Positions 19,873 through 29,901 of a stretch of DNA of 64,000 nucleotides are shown piece after piece. The notes under the pieces were generated by a model. It had not been told where the DNA came from. It made no database searches and saw nothing but the letters and a program-made list of their open reading frames with translations. Made by a program: the position numbers and the translations under genes. How positions within the stretch are numbered: position 1 is the first letter of the stretch; the number at the start of each line of letters is the position of its first letter. Source of the DNA: Candidatus Hodarchaeota archaeon (GTDB taxonomy: Archaea; Asgardarchaeota; Lokiarchaeia; Sigyniarchaeales; SOKP01); NCBI GenBank assembly GCA_048886685.1, contig JBHLKM010000009.1, forward strand, positions 64,001-128,000, given 5' to 3'.

Positions 19873-20730
19873 TTATTTGTGTTTAATAAATGTTCCATTC
19901 TGATATTCTTGAAAAGCTACTCTTAATTCTTCTTCAGTATTCATAACGATTGGTCCACGCCAAGCCACAGGTTCTTTTAGTGGTTTACCAGAGACAAGCA
20001 AAAAGCGTATATTTTGGTCATTAGTTGTGATTTTTACAGCATCTCCATCTCTATAGATTATTAATGTTTCTTTTTTCACTAGTTCCTCTTTCTTATCATC
20101 AAAATATCCTTCACCCTCAATTGTATAAGCAAAAACATTATGTCCAGATTTAACAGGATGAATATATTCTGAATTTGGATTAATATAAATATCTAAATAT
20201 TCGGGTTCAGTAATTATATCATGAACTGGTCCTTTAACTCCATTAATTACACCACAAATAATCTTTATTTTTACATTCTCACCAACTGATACTTCGGGAA
20301 TATCCTCACTTTTTATTTCCTGATAACGAGGGTCCATCATTTTATGAGATGCAGGTAAATTGGCCCATAACTGGAAACCTTTCATCAATGGGTCATTCCC
20401 TTGGAATTTAGGCATTTCTTGATGGATTATACCACTCCCTGCTGTCATCCATTGAACATCACCAGGTTCAAGCACTCCTTTATTCCCTAAACTATCCTCA
20501 TGTTCGCCTTTACCGTGTAGTACATAAGTGATCGTTTCTATTCCACGATGAGGATGCCAAGGAAATCCTGCCATATAATCACTAGGATTATCTGAACCGA
20601 AATCATCAAAAAGCAGAAAAGGATCAAGTGAATCATCAACATAACCAAATGCTCGTTTTAGTCTAACACCAGCACCTTCCATGGTTGGTCTACTTTTTAA
20701 GGTTAGTTTTATCTTTCGAATCGTATTCAT
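19873..20730 (-). CDS. Pirin family protein
   Basis: DPFLLFD, GFPWHPHRGIET, WMTAGSGIIHQE, GPIVMN; start taken at MNTIRK. Confidence 0.92.
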   Translation of the reverse strand: MNTIRKIKLTLKSRPTMEGAGVRLKRAFGYVDDSLDPFLLFDDFGSDNPSDYMAGFPWHPHRGIETITYVLHGKGEHEDSLGNKGVLEPGDVQWMTAGSGIIHQEMPKFQGNDPLMKGFQLWANLPASHKMMDPRYQEIKSEDIPEVSVGENVKIKIICGVINGVKGPVHDIITEPEYLDIYINPNSEYIHPVKSGHNVFAYTIEGEGYFDDKKEELVKKETLIIYRDGDAVKITTNDQNIRFLLVSGKPLKEPVAWRGPIVMNTEEELRVAFQEYQNGTFIKHK

Positions 20731-20886
20731 AGTATTTAACAGTCGAGTCAAACAGATAATTCTTTGCCTTATAATAATTAAATTCATTTCAATGTAAGTA
20801 AATAAATCATAAATCTCCACCTAACACTATTTATTTCTTGGAGATTTATATGAAAGTAAAAAGAAATACAAAATTAAGGTATTATT

Positions 20887-21387
20887 ATGATAAAAAGGAT
20901 TATACATTTTAATGTAGTTTGTTCAGACTTAGAAAAATCACTGGAATTTTATGTTGACTTTTTAGGAGGACATCTACTTGGGAATAGAAAGAAAGAGGAT
21001 ATTATTGGAAGAAAAACTGAAAGTGAAGGCGTTGGAATTGCTCTTGGATTGGGTGATACAGCGGAATATAAAGGCTGGCTTATCCGATGGGGTTACGATA
21101 AAAGTGCAACAGTACTCGATCTACTTCAATGGACTAAACCCCCTTCTACGGGAAAACCTTATGATAGAATAAACAATGTGGGAATCACTCGGATCTCCCT
21201 TGAAGTGGATGAAGTTGATAAAATGTACCGCGAACTGAAATCGAAGGGCGTTGAGTTTATTAGCCCTCCTCAAGTTGCAGACCTAACTCCTGAAACACCG
21301 GGAAGAAATCTAATAAAACTAGCTACGGCTAAGGATCCGGATGGGATTTTTGTCAATCTCGAAGAATTTATCCAGAGTCAAGACTAA
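20887..21387 (+). CDS. VOC/glyoxalase family protein
   Basis: HFNVVCSDLEKSLEFY...KDPDG..LE. Confidence 0.85.
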   Translation: MIKRIIHFNVVCSDLEKSLEFYVDFLGGHLLGNRKKEDIIGRKTESEGVGIALGLGDTAEYKGWLIRWGYDKSATVLDLLQWTKPPSTGKPYDRINNVGITRISLEVDEVDKMYRELKSKGVEFISPPQVADLTPETPGRNLIKLATAKDPDGIFVNLEEFIQSQD

Positions 21388-21444
21388 ATAAATCATAACC
21401 AATTAATAACTACACTTATTTTAACATAAATATTAATCAAATCT

Positions 21445-22632
21445 ATGTTAAATCACAGGTTAATAAATCCACCTAGAGAACCTAAGAAATTTGTTAAGGA
21501 AGCAATTAAATTCTTGAATAAGCATGCTCATGGTAAGAAAGTTTTTTGTGCTTTATCAGGAGGAATTGATAGCTCAACTGCATACCTTTTACTCAAAAAA
21601 GCAAAAATTGATACGATTCCTGTCTTTATTGATCACGGGTTAATGAGAGTTATAAGAGGTGTAGAAGAGAGAGAATATATTAAAAATTTCTTTCCTAATG
21701 TAATTATTTTAGATATTCGGGACCAATTTCTTCCCAAAATATTAGGTGAAGGAGATGCTGAAAAGAAGAGACAATTATTCAAGGATGCATATTCAAGTAC
21801 AATTAGTAAAGTTATAAAAGAGGAAAAATGTGATCTTCTTGCAGATGGAACAATTCTTCCTGATATAGAAGAGAGTTTTGGTGTAAGAATTAATGATTTA
21901 AAAGAATCTATGACGATCGATGAGGAACTTGCCTTAAAAAATACATATATGAAAGGTTTTGTAAAAAGCCAACATAATGTAGAAATTGAGTACGATGTCG
22001 AAGCAACAATTCAACCAGTTGCGAGTTTAACTAAACATGAAGTACGTAAGGTGCTTGAATATCTAAGAATGCCAGAAGACCTAATCTTTAGGAAGGCATT
22101 TCCAGGACCAGCCTTATCAGCTCGAATTATTGGTCCTGTCACGCTTGAAAATTTGGAATTTGAGAAAAAAGTTCATGACCTTGTTGAATCTCAGGTTGAG
22201 GATTTTTATAAAAATAAATACGGAAAGCCGATGATTATAAATAATGCTGAAGAACAAGAACCATTCCAAATTTTTGCTGCAATAGGCGAAGATGTTATTA
22301 ATAAGCAAGTAACTGGATTGGTTAATGGAAGTAGAACTTATCAAACTCCTAAAATTGAAAAAGGTGACTGGGATTATAACAATCTTGTTAATAGAGCTAC
22401 AGAAATTAAAGGATTCTCTCGGATTTTATTTGAATTAGGTAATAATCCTACAGGTCAATATGATGTAATTATTAGATGCATCAATAGTAAGGATGCCAGA
22501 ACCGCAACAGTCACAAATTTACCATTAGAGCTGTTAAAGCAGCTAATGCAGGCACTTCTTGAGATTCCTAAAACAAAATTTGTATATTTCGATGTAACCC
22601 CAAAACCTCCCGCAACAATAGAGTATGTATAA
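21445..22632 (+). CDS. guaAb: GMP synthase ATP-pyrophosphatase subunit B (archaeal split type)
   Basis: SGGIDSS PP-loop, KSQHN, FPGP, DVTPKPPATIEY; no glutaminase domain. Confidence 0.85.
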   Translation: MLNHRLINPPREPKKFVKEAIKFLNKHAHGKKVFCALSGGIDSSTAYLLLKKAKIDTIPVFIDHGLMRVIRGVEEREYIKNFFPNVIILDIRDQFLPKILGEGDAEKKRQLFKDAYSSTISKVIKEEKCDLLADGTILPDIEESFGVRINDLKESMTIDEELALKNTYMKGFVKSQHNVEIEYDVEATIQPVASLTKHEVRKVLEYLRMPEDLIFRKAFPGPALSARIIGPVTLENLEFEKKVHDLVESQVEDFYKNKYGKPMIINNAEEQEPFQIFAAIGEDVINKQVTGLVNGSRTYQTPKIEKGDWDYNNLVNRATEIKGFSRILFELGNNPTGQYDVIIRCINSKDARTATVTNLPLELLKQLMQALLEIPKTKFVYFDVTPKPPATIEYV

Positions 22633-22655
22633 ATTTTTTTAATAAAATTCCTTTA

Positions 22656-23471
22656 TTGAATATAATTATGAGAGAAAACCGAAAAATAATAATAACCGCC
22701 ACTACGGCAAATTCTTTAGTATATCCTGATGTAAAAAATTGGGCAGAAACAAATGAACAACTAATCGAAGATGTAGTCGAATGTTATGAAGCTGGTGCTG
22801 CAGTTGCTCATGTTCACTTACCTCGAGGAGAGGAAGTTGAAATAGTTAAGAGAATACGAGAAAGATGTGATATAATTATTCAGGCGGGAGTTTCTAGTGA
22901 GGCGATCCAACAAAGAAAAGGAGATTTTGAATCTAAACCAGAAATGATGTCAGTGATGCTAAATCATGACGCGGAGTATTTTGAACACATTAAATTAGAC
23001 ATTCTTCATCCAATAGAAGAATTGGAAGAATACTGTGTTAAATTGAAGAAATATAATATAAAACCTGAATGGGAAATGTGGCACACGGGATCTTCCTGGA
23101 ATTTAAGTTATTTAATCGATAAAGGTTTATTAGATTGGTCAAATCCGCATGTTATAACTTTATTCTTCAATTGGCCTGGGGGAATGTGGAGCCCCCCAAA
23201 TTATCAAGAATATATGTATAGAAAAAAATTCATGCCAGAAAACACGATTCATAGTGTAAGTGTAATGGGAGAAGATCAAATGAAGCTTTTAGTTTTTGTT
23301 CTTACTCATGGGGGAAATATAAGGGTTGGTACGGAAGATTACCCGTTCATTAAAAAAGAAATACCGGCGAAAAACAATGCGGAAATTGTAAAAAATTATG
23401 TCGACATTTGCAAACATGTTCGTCGGGAAGTTGCAGATCCATCAGAAGCAAGAAATATATTAGGATTATAA
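22656..23471 (+). CDS. Beta-keto acid cleavage enzyme (BKACE / Kce family)
   Basis: KIIIT, AGAAVAHVH, RVGTED, A.P.EAR.ILGL; ATG at 22668. Confidence 0.85.
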   Translation: MNIIMRENRKIIITATTANSLVYPDVKNWAETNEQLIEDVVECYEAGAAVAHVHLPRGEEVEIVKRIRERCDIIIQAGVSSEAIQQRKGDFESKPEMMSVMLNHDAEYFEHIKLDILHPIEELEEYCVKLKKYNIKPEWEMWHTGSSWNLSYLIDKGLLDWSNPHVITLFFNWPGGMWSPPNYQEYMYRKKFMPENTIHSVSVMGEDQMKLLVFVLTHGGNIRVGTEDYPFIKKEIPAKNNAEIVKNYVDICKHVRREVADPSEARNILGL

Positions 23472-23571
23472 TAATAATGTTTGAAGGAAGCAAAAGATTA
23501 ATTAGAATTAATTGTAAAAAATTAAGAGAATAGAAATTAATAAAAAATATGATATTAAAGAGGTCTTAAAT

Positions 23572-24261
23572 TTGGTAAAACATATTGGAATTGTTGCTTG
23601 TAGTGCAGAAGGGGCTGCTTTATGTTATACTACTATATGCATAGAAGCGCAGGAAAAATTGTTTAAGTATAGACATCCTGAGATCACTATGCATACACCA
23701 CCTTTTTCGGATTATATGCAATACATTTGGAATGGGAATTGGGAAAAAGTAGCAGAACTAATGCTCGCCTCTACAGAAATTGTAGCAAAAGCAGGAGCGG
23801 ACTTTGCAATTTGCCCGGATAATACAATCCACCAAGCATATGGTTTAATGATATCCAAATCACCCATCCCGTGGCTACATATTGCAGAAGTAGTAGGAGA
23901 GGAAGCAAAAAATAAAAAATTTAAACATTTAGGTATATTAGGGACAAAATATCTTGTCTCATCTCAAGTTTATCCCGAATCTCTGAAGAAATTTCGGATA
24001 ACTTGTGAACTTCCGCAAGAAAGGGATCGAGAAAAAATAGATCGGATTATTTTTGAAGAACTAGTAAATGGCATTTTTTCAGAGGAATCTAGAAATGAGT
24101 TAAATAAAATAATTCAAAAGTTAGCTAAAAATGGATGTGATGCTGTCGTTCTGGGGTGTACAGAACTCCCCTTAATTATAGATCCTAATGATTGTCCTCT
24201 ACCTACTTTAGATTCTACTAGATTGCTAGCAAGAGCAGCAATTAATAAAGCTTTAGAATAG
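23572..24261 (+). CDS. Aspartate/glutamate racemase family protein
   Basis: CPDNTIH, LGT, VLGCTELP. Confidence 0.85.
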   Translation: MVKHIGIVACSAEGAALCYTTICIEAQEKLFKYRHPEITMHTPPFSDYMQYIWNGNWEKVAELMLASTEIVAKAGADFAICPDNTIHQAYGLMISKSPIPWLHIAEVVGEEAKNKKFKHLGILGTKYLVSSQVYPESLKKFRITCELPQERDREKIDRIIFEELVNGIFSEESRNELNKIIQKLAKNGCDAVVLGCTELPLIIDPNDCPLPTLDSTRLLARAAINKALE

Positions 24262-24272
24262 GGGATGAAATC

Positions 24273-25115
24273 ATGGAAATTAAATTGAAAAACCTAACAA
24301 TTTATTATGAGTTACATGGCAAAGGGTATCCTATTTTAATGATTCATGGATTTATGCCTGACCATCGTTTAATGAAAGGATGTATGGAACCTATTTTTAA
24401 AAACAAAAATAATTACAAACGAATTTATTTCGATTTACCTGGAATGGGAAAAACTGCTGGATCAAGTTGGTTAAAGAATTCAGATGAAATTGTTGACATT
24501 GTTTTAGAATTCATTGATGAAATCATTCCTCATGAAAGATTTATAATTGCTAGTGAATCGTATGGATGCTATTTAGCAAGAGGTATTATTTTAAAAAGAC
24601 CTGATTTTGTAGATGGTATCTTATTTATTTGTCCTCTTATAGCCCCGTTACCAGAAGATCGAGATTTACCAAAAGATATTAGAGTATTTGTAAAAGATAC
24701 TAATTTTATTAAAAGTTTAAATCCATTGGAGGTTGAAGAATTAGAAGAATCGTTGATAGTTCAAACTAAAGAAGTATGGGAAAGATTTCGAGATGAAGTT
24801 TTGTCTGGAATAAGAGTAGCAGATGAAAATTTTATTAATAAAATATTTCCAGCTAATTATTCATTTTCTTTTGAAGTTGACCACCTCTTAAAATTATATG
24901 ATAAACCCTCATTATTTCTTTTGGGGAGACAAGATAATACAGTGGGATATCGTGATGCTTGGAAAATTATTGAAAACTACCCAAGAGCTACTTTTGCAAT
25001 TCTCGATCAGGCAGGTCATAATCTACAAATTGAAAAAGCAAATCTGTTTAATTCTTTGGTATCAGAATGGTTAGAAAGAGTAGAAGAATATATTTCAGTC
25101 AAAAATAAGAATTAA
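24273..25115 (+). CDS. Alpha/beta hydrolase
   Basis: IHG, DLPGMG, SESYG elbow, GRQD, AGH. Confidence 0.85.
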   Translation: MEIKLKNLTIYYELHGKGYPILMIHGFMPDHRLMKGCMEPIFKNKNNYKRIYFDLPGMGKTAGSSWLKNSDEIVDIVLEFIDEIIPHERFIIASESYGCYLARGIILKRPDFVDGILFICPLIAPLPEDRDLPKDIRVFVKDTNFIKSLNPLEVEELEESLIVQTKEVWERFRDEVLSGIRVADENFINKIFPANYSFSFEVDHLLKLYDKPSLFLLGRQDNTVGYRDAWKIIENYPRATFAILDQAGHNLQIEKANLFNSLVSEWLERVEEYISVKNKN

Positions 25116-25136
25116 AAATAAAACCTTTTAATGGAT

Positions 25137-26204
25137 TTAATTAATCTCTTTTGGCTCTTCTCTTGGTAATCTCTCTTTTACAGTTAAAATTGGATTAAAC
25201 ATCTTGTGAGGTTCTTTCTGATACCAGTATGCCGTTGATGACCAGTCATCTGAACGTTGATTTGCATGTCCGTGTTCAATTTTAACTTTTATATTTTTAT
25301 GAAAGTAGATTGGATCTTCAATATGATACCTATAATATGATATCTTACCACTCCAATTTTTCCCACCAGGTAATGTAACACCAAAATAAGGTGAGCAATA
25401 AAATTCAGTGGGACACCATGAGCCACAGAAATAATCTTCTGTTCCTGTTCCATAAAGAATTATTTCACCATCATCAATTTCGATATAATCATCTCCTTCT
25501 CCAGGCCAATTAAATCTTTCAGTATCGAATAAATTGTGTATATCTAAATGACATCCGACATAATGGCCTTCTCCCTCTGCTTCTAAAATTAAGTAATCTT
25601 CTTCATGATCGATATTACTTTTGCTGAACATTTCTGATTTCCATCCCTCTTCCTTTAAGATTTTATAGTCTTGACCTCTACAAGGATTTTCTCTATTCCA
25701 AATTACATGAAATCTACCATAAGATTCATCGATTTCTGTATATTCTTCATAATCAACATAGTAATAAACAACAAGTTCTTCTGCTGTTTCATTTTCAATC
25801 TCAATTTTCGCTTTTTTTGAAAACGGCATAGGAAACCAGCAATTAAACCCTCTACCATCATTAGGACCCATAGACAGAGGTAAACTCCAAAAATTAACTG
25901 ATTTTCCATGACCAACTCCAAAAAAATCACCAATTGGACATTCGACAGAAGGATTTGGTTCATCATCCCACCACATTCTAATCAGTATCTTTCTTAAGTA
26001 GTGAATATCCTCCGAAGCGAGAGTCATCCATACATGTTTGATAATCCCAGAACCTTCTATATTACAAAGCTCAAATTTATCATTTTTTTCTATTCTTACA
26101 AAATCTGCATTTGCCCCTTCTTTATCATAGCTAGATATTCTCTTTCTCTTTGCTTCTTTATTAATTCTTGCTAAATTCGAGAGTGAATTAAAACCAAAAT
26201 CCAT
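25137..26204 (-). CDS. DUF2961 / GH172 glycoside hydrolase family protein
   Basis: GSG.I.H.WMT, WDDE..PSVE.PIGDFFG, GEGD, GTGTEDYF, YR.HI.DPI.F, SSTAYWYQ. Confidence 0.85.
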   Translation of the reverse strand: MDFGFNSLSNLARINKEAKRKRISSYDKEGANADFVRIEKNDKFELCNIEGSGIIKHVWMTLASEDIHYLRKILIRMWWDDEPNPSVECPIGDFFGVGHGKSVNFWSLPLSMGPNDGRGFNCWFPMPFSKKAKIEIENETAEELVVYYYVDYEEYTEIDESYGRFHVIWNRENPCRGQDYKILKEEGWKSEMFSKSNIDHEEDYLILEAEGEGHYVGCHLDIHNLFDTERFNWPGEGDDYIEIDDGEIILYGTGTEDYFCGSWCPTEFYCSPYFGVTLPGGKNWSGKISYYRYHIEDPIYFHKNIKVKIEHGHANQRSDDWSSTAYWYQKEPHKMFNPILTVKERLPREEPKEIN

Positions 26205-26296
26205 TTAAATTCCCTATCTTGAAATAGTATCAAATTAAATTCTTAAAATGAATTAACCTTTATTAATAATTATACCAATCTTGAAATTAATTTAAA

Positions 26297-26713
26297 TTAT
26301 TGACCTTGTACTTGAACAAAAACTCTTCTATTTCGAGGCCCATCATATTCGGCAAACATAATACCTTGCCATGTTCCAAGCATTAATCTTTTTTCATGAA
26401 TTATTATTTCAACGGAATGTCCGGTTAAAGTACATTTGATGTGAGCATCTGAATTCCCTTCTCCATGCTTATATGAGTACCCTAATCCCCCACCTTTAGG
26501 GATTACTTTTCCTAAGAAATTGGAAATATCTTTTTTTACAGAAGGATCGGCATTTTCATTAATCGTTATTCCTGCGGTTGTATGAGGTATGAATATTCGA
26601 CATACCCCCTCTTGGATGTTAGCATCTCTTACGATTTTATGCACTTCATTAGTTATATCTAGAAGGATTTCTCTCTCTGGAGTTTTAAGCCTAAATTCTG
26701 CAAATTTAATCAT
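26297..26713 (-). CDS. yjbQ: YjbQ / UPF0047 family protein
   Basis: HTTAGITINENADP, H.EGNSDAHIK, LGTWQ..FAEYDGPR. Confidence 0.9.
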   Translation of the reverse strand: MIKFAEFRLKTPEREILLDITNEVHKIVRDANIQEGVCRIFIPHTTAGITINENADPSVKKDISNFLGKVIPKGGGLGYSYKHGEGNSDAHIKCTLTGHSVEIIIHEKRLMLGTWQGIMFAEYDGPRNRRVFVQVQGQ

Positions 26714-26758
26714 AACACCACCATTTATTATTTAATTTGAAAATACATAAATTAATTT

Positions 26759-27526
26759 CTATTTATCAAAAGAACCATGCTTTCCTTTTCCTTGAATGAA
26801 TGCTTTACTTCCTATTAAGTGTTCTCCAGTTTCTAATGTTTTTAACCCATATTCAAATTCTTTTTCCATTGCTTTTTTAATGTCTAATCCAAACTGAATA
26901 TAAGTTGATAACCGATCATTTCTCATACAACTCTGAGGAAAATTTGCAATTTCTCGTGCCAATTTCTCAGCTTCTTGTCTTGATTGACCGTTATCAACAA
27001 TTCGGTTAGCAAGTCCCCATTTAAAAGCTTCTTCCGCATTTACAGGTCGTCCTGTAAGAATCATATCCAGAGCTCTACTTAATCCAATAAGTCTTGGAAG
27101 CCGTACAGTGCCACCATCAATCAAAGGAACACCAAATCTGCGACAAAAAACACCAAATATGGCATCTCTTTCAACGACACGTATATCACACCATAAAGCA
27201 AGTTCAAGACCTCCCGCAACCGCATATCCAGCTACTGCAGCTATAACAGGTTTGGATAATTGTAATCTAGATGGACCCATTGGACCATCTCCATCTTTTT
27301 CTTTTCGATTCCCTTGTCCATTAGCTATATTTTTCAAGTTTGCTCCTGAACAAAAAGTGCCATTTGCTCCCCAGAGAACAGCAACTAATGCCTTATTATC
27401 TTTTTCAAATTCTCTAAATGCATTAGCAAGCTTATCCGCTGACTGTCTATCTACAGCATTTTTAACTTCAGGATTATTAATTATGACTGTATAGACAGGA
27501 TAGTCTATTTCAATATTAATTGGCAT
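26759..27526 (-). CDS. Enoyl-CoA hydratase/isomerase (crotonase) family
   Basis: FCSGANL, AVAGGLELALWCD, CRRFGVPLIDGG. Confidence 0.9.
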   Translation of the reverse strand: MPINIEIDYPVYTVIINNPEVKNAVDRQSADKLANAFREFEKDNKALVAVLWGANGTFCSGANLKNIANGQGNRKEKDGDGPMGPSRLQLSKPVIAAVAGYAVAGGLELALWCDIRVVERDAIFGVFCRRFGVPLIDGGTVRLPRLIGLSRALDMILTGRPVNAEEAFKWGLANRIVDNGQSRQEAEKLAREIANFPQSCMRNDRLSTYIQFGLDIKKAMEKEFEYGLKTLETGEHLIGSKAFIQGKGKHGSFDK

Positions 27527-27568
27527 AAAAGAAAATAGGAATAAAAGAATTAAAAAATTTAGAAAAAT

Positions 27569-28657
27569 TTATTTCTGATTTTTTAGATATACATTCATAT
27601 CAACCATAGTACTTGTTCTAATTAAGGCAGCTTTAAGAAATTGGAATCCAATATCATATGTGGATCCATCACCCCCTATATGAATGACGTAGGGAACTTC
27701 ACCATCAAATTGACCTTTACTTTTACGGATTTTATAAGCTGTACTTATTGCTTCGGCTATCGTTGCTCCTGATTCAAATAGATGATGAACCCAAGGAACT
27801 CTCCAAGATGTTACATTATCTTTTGATGTGGACACCTCTGTACAAGAGGTATTATTTACATAAACTATATTATGGCCAGCTACCGCTTGGGCCGCTGTAG
27901 CTAATTGATTTAAAACCATTCCAGCACCACATCCTGGGCAGAGACCATGTCCGGGGAATAAGTGCGTTTGAGGTTCTAAAGTTTTACGATTTACTCTGTA
28001 AACATCAATAGGTTTTTCTGCTCCAAAAGTTCGAATTAATCCTTTTAATTTTTCATTTCTTTGCTCTGTATAATAGATTATCTCATCGATTTCTTTCTCC
28101 ATAAATTTTGGTTTAAATAAATGCCGAAATCGTCCCATTGATCTCAAATACTCTACAAATTTGTCTTTATCAATATCTAATCCTCGATAATAAGAGAAAG
28201 TTGGAATACCATCTTTCACACGTATGGTGTATAAGGGCCAATAACCACAATCAGTAGCTAGCTTTGATATTTTCACAGCATCTTCAGAAGCATGTCGCCA
28301 ACCTCTCATACAATCCGAATAAGCTTGAACGAAAGCAGATCCGCTTGTTTTTAATGCTTCAATTATTTTTCCCATAAAATCATTAGGATACGCTGGGTTA
28401 ACAGTTGCTAAAAATAATGAATTTGAACCATAAAAACCAAAAGGAGTTACAAGGTCTTGCTTTACTCCAACCTTCCCAGGAATTTTTTCTCCTGCGGGAC
28501 CAGTTGTAGTTGATGCATACGGAGGAGTTCCCCCGCTTTCTTGGATACCAGTATTCATGAATGCCTCATTATCATAATTCAAAAACAAAACATTGCTTTT
28601 TCCTTCTCTTGATAAAATATCTTCTATTTTAATAACATTTCTCTCTGGTTGCGACAT
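27569..28657 (-). CDS. porB: 2-oxoacid:ferredoxin oxidoreductase beta subunit, circularly permuted
   Basis: DNEAFMNTG.Q.S at residues 29-41, but GHGLCPGCG and GGDG in the C-terminal third. Confidence 0.8.
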   Translation of the reverse strand: MSQPERNVIKIEDILSREGKSNVLFLNYDNEAFMNTGIQESGGTPPYASTTTGPAGEKIPGKVGVKQDLVTPFGFYGSNSLFLATVNPAYPNDFMGKIIEALKTSGSAFVQAYSDCMRGWRHASEDAVKISKLATDCGYWPLYTIRVKDGIPTFSYYRGLDIDKDKFVEYLRSMGRFRHLFKPKFMEKEIDEIIYYTEQRNEKLKGLIRTFGAEKPIDVYRVNRKTLEPQTHLFPGHGLCPGCGAGMVLNQLATAAQAVAGHNIVYVNNTSCTEVSTSKDNVTSWRVPWVHHLFESGATIAEAISTAYKIRKSKGQFDGEVPYVIHIGGDGSTYDIGFQFLKAALIRTSTMVDMNVYLKNQK

Positions 28658-28658
28658 C

Positions 28659-29888
28659 TTACATCTCCACCCCCAAAATTTTTGATTTTGTTTCCCTTAC
28701 ACCGAGATACATATAGAGCCTCCCTTTCATATCTGTTACTGATTCTATCTTCTTCTTAGCAATATCAAATTCATCTCTTGTAACATCACGTCCTCCAAGA
28801 CCAACAATAAAACTCCTAAATATGGTTCCGAGAGGATATAATGCCGTAGCAATTGACATTGAAAATGGAGGTAAGAGCCCATTTAATGAATCTGACTTTT
28901 CCAAAATTATAAGCTTCTCAATATTGTATTCCTCAACAATTTCCCGTAGCTGTTCATGAGGAAATGGGCGATATGCACGTATTTTAATAAGACCAATATC
29001 TCTATTTTTTGTCATCCAACTAATAATATTACCACACATAGAGCCCATTGTTAGAAAAGCTGTTTTTGAAGAATTATCTAAATTGAATGTTTCAATTAAA
29101 CCGTATTTTCTTCCTGTTGCTTTAGCAAATTCTTCAAATGAATTTTTCATAATACCTAAGACTGGTTCTTTTTCCTCATCAAGTCTCTTCCTACCTTCCA
29201 TAAAGTAATCAGGGGTCACAATTCCACCCCACGTTCCTGGTCTCTCAGGAGTAATGTAGTGTCTTGGCTTCTTTGGAGTTAGCTGCCTGACAATCTCATC
29301 GGGAATTAATGTTAATTTTTGTACAGAATGCGAAATAATAAAGCCGTCATGAACAAACATCGTGGGGAAAAGAGAATCTTCTGAAATCATTACAGATAAA
29401 ATTGCTGCATCGTATGTTTCTTGTACGTTTTCCGATACAAAACAATTCCATCCTAGCTCTGAATTAGTTTGGGTAAATTCCCAACTGTTCCAAATTGATA
29501 GATTTGGTGAATTAAATGCTCGAGCACTTATCAGCATTGTTAAAGGAACTCGCCATCCCACCGCCATGGGTAAAGCTTCTGTCATCAATAAATAACCTTG
29601 AGATGCCGTAGCTGTAAAAGTTCTAGCTCCAGCAGCGCAAGCCGCAGTTGAATAACTTATTGCAGCCAATTCTGATTCTACATTTATAAATGCTGCCTTG
29701 AGTCTCCCATGATGAACTACATCAGATAATCCTTCAACTGATTGAGTTTGCGGCGTTATCGGAAAAGCACATATGACATCAGGATCTGTTTGAGTTACTC
29801 CTCCTGCCGCAGCATAATTACCTATCATTGTAGTCTCTATAGGTTCTTTAATTTCTTTAAAAAATATCCTCATAGGTTCAATACTCAT
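28659..29888 (-). CDS. porA: 2-oxoacid:ferredoxin oxidoreductase alpha subunit
   Basis: AFPITPQT, VESE, TATASQG, GLGGRD; GGAGGG upstream of ATG 29888. Confidence 0.88.
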   Translation of the reverse strand: MSIEPMRIFFKEIKEPIETTMIGNYAAAGGVTQTDPDVICAFPITPQTQSVEGLSDVVHHGRLKAAFINVESELAAISYSTAACAAGARTFTATASQGYLLMTEALPMAVGWRVPLTMLISARAFNSPNLSIWNSWEFTQTNSELGWNCFVSENVQETYDAAILSVMISEDSLFPTMFVHDGFIISHSVQKLTLIPDEIVRQLTPKKPRHYITPERPGTWGGIVTPDYFMEGRKRLDEEKEPVLGIMKNSFEEFAKATGRKYGLIETFNLDNSSKTAFLTMGSMCGNIISWMTKNRDIGLIKIRAYRPFPHEQLREIVEEYNIEKLIILEKSDSLNGLLPPFSMSIATALYPLGTIFRSFIVGLGGRDVTRDEFDIAKKKIESVTDMKGRLYMYLGVRETKSKILGVEM

Positions 29889-29901
29889 ACATTTCCCTCC
29901 A

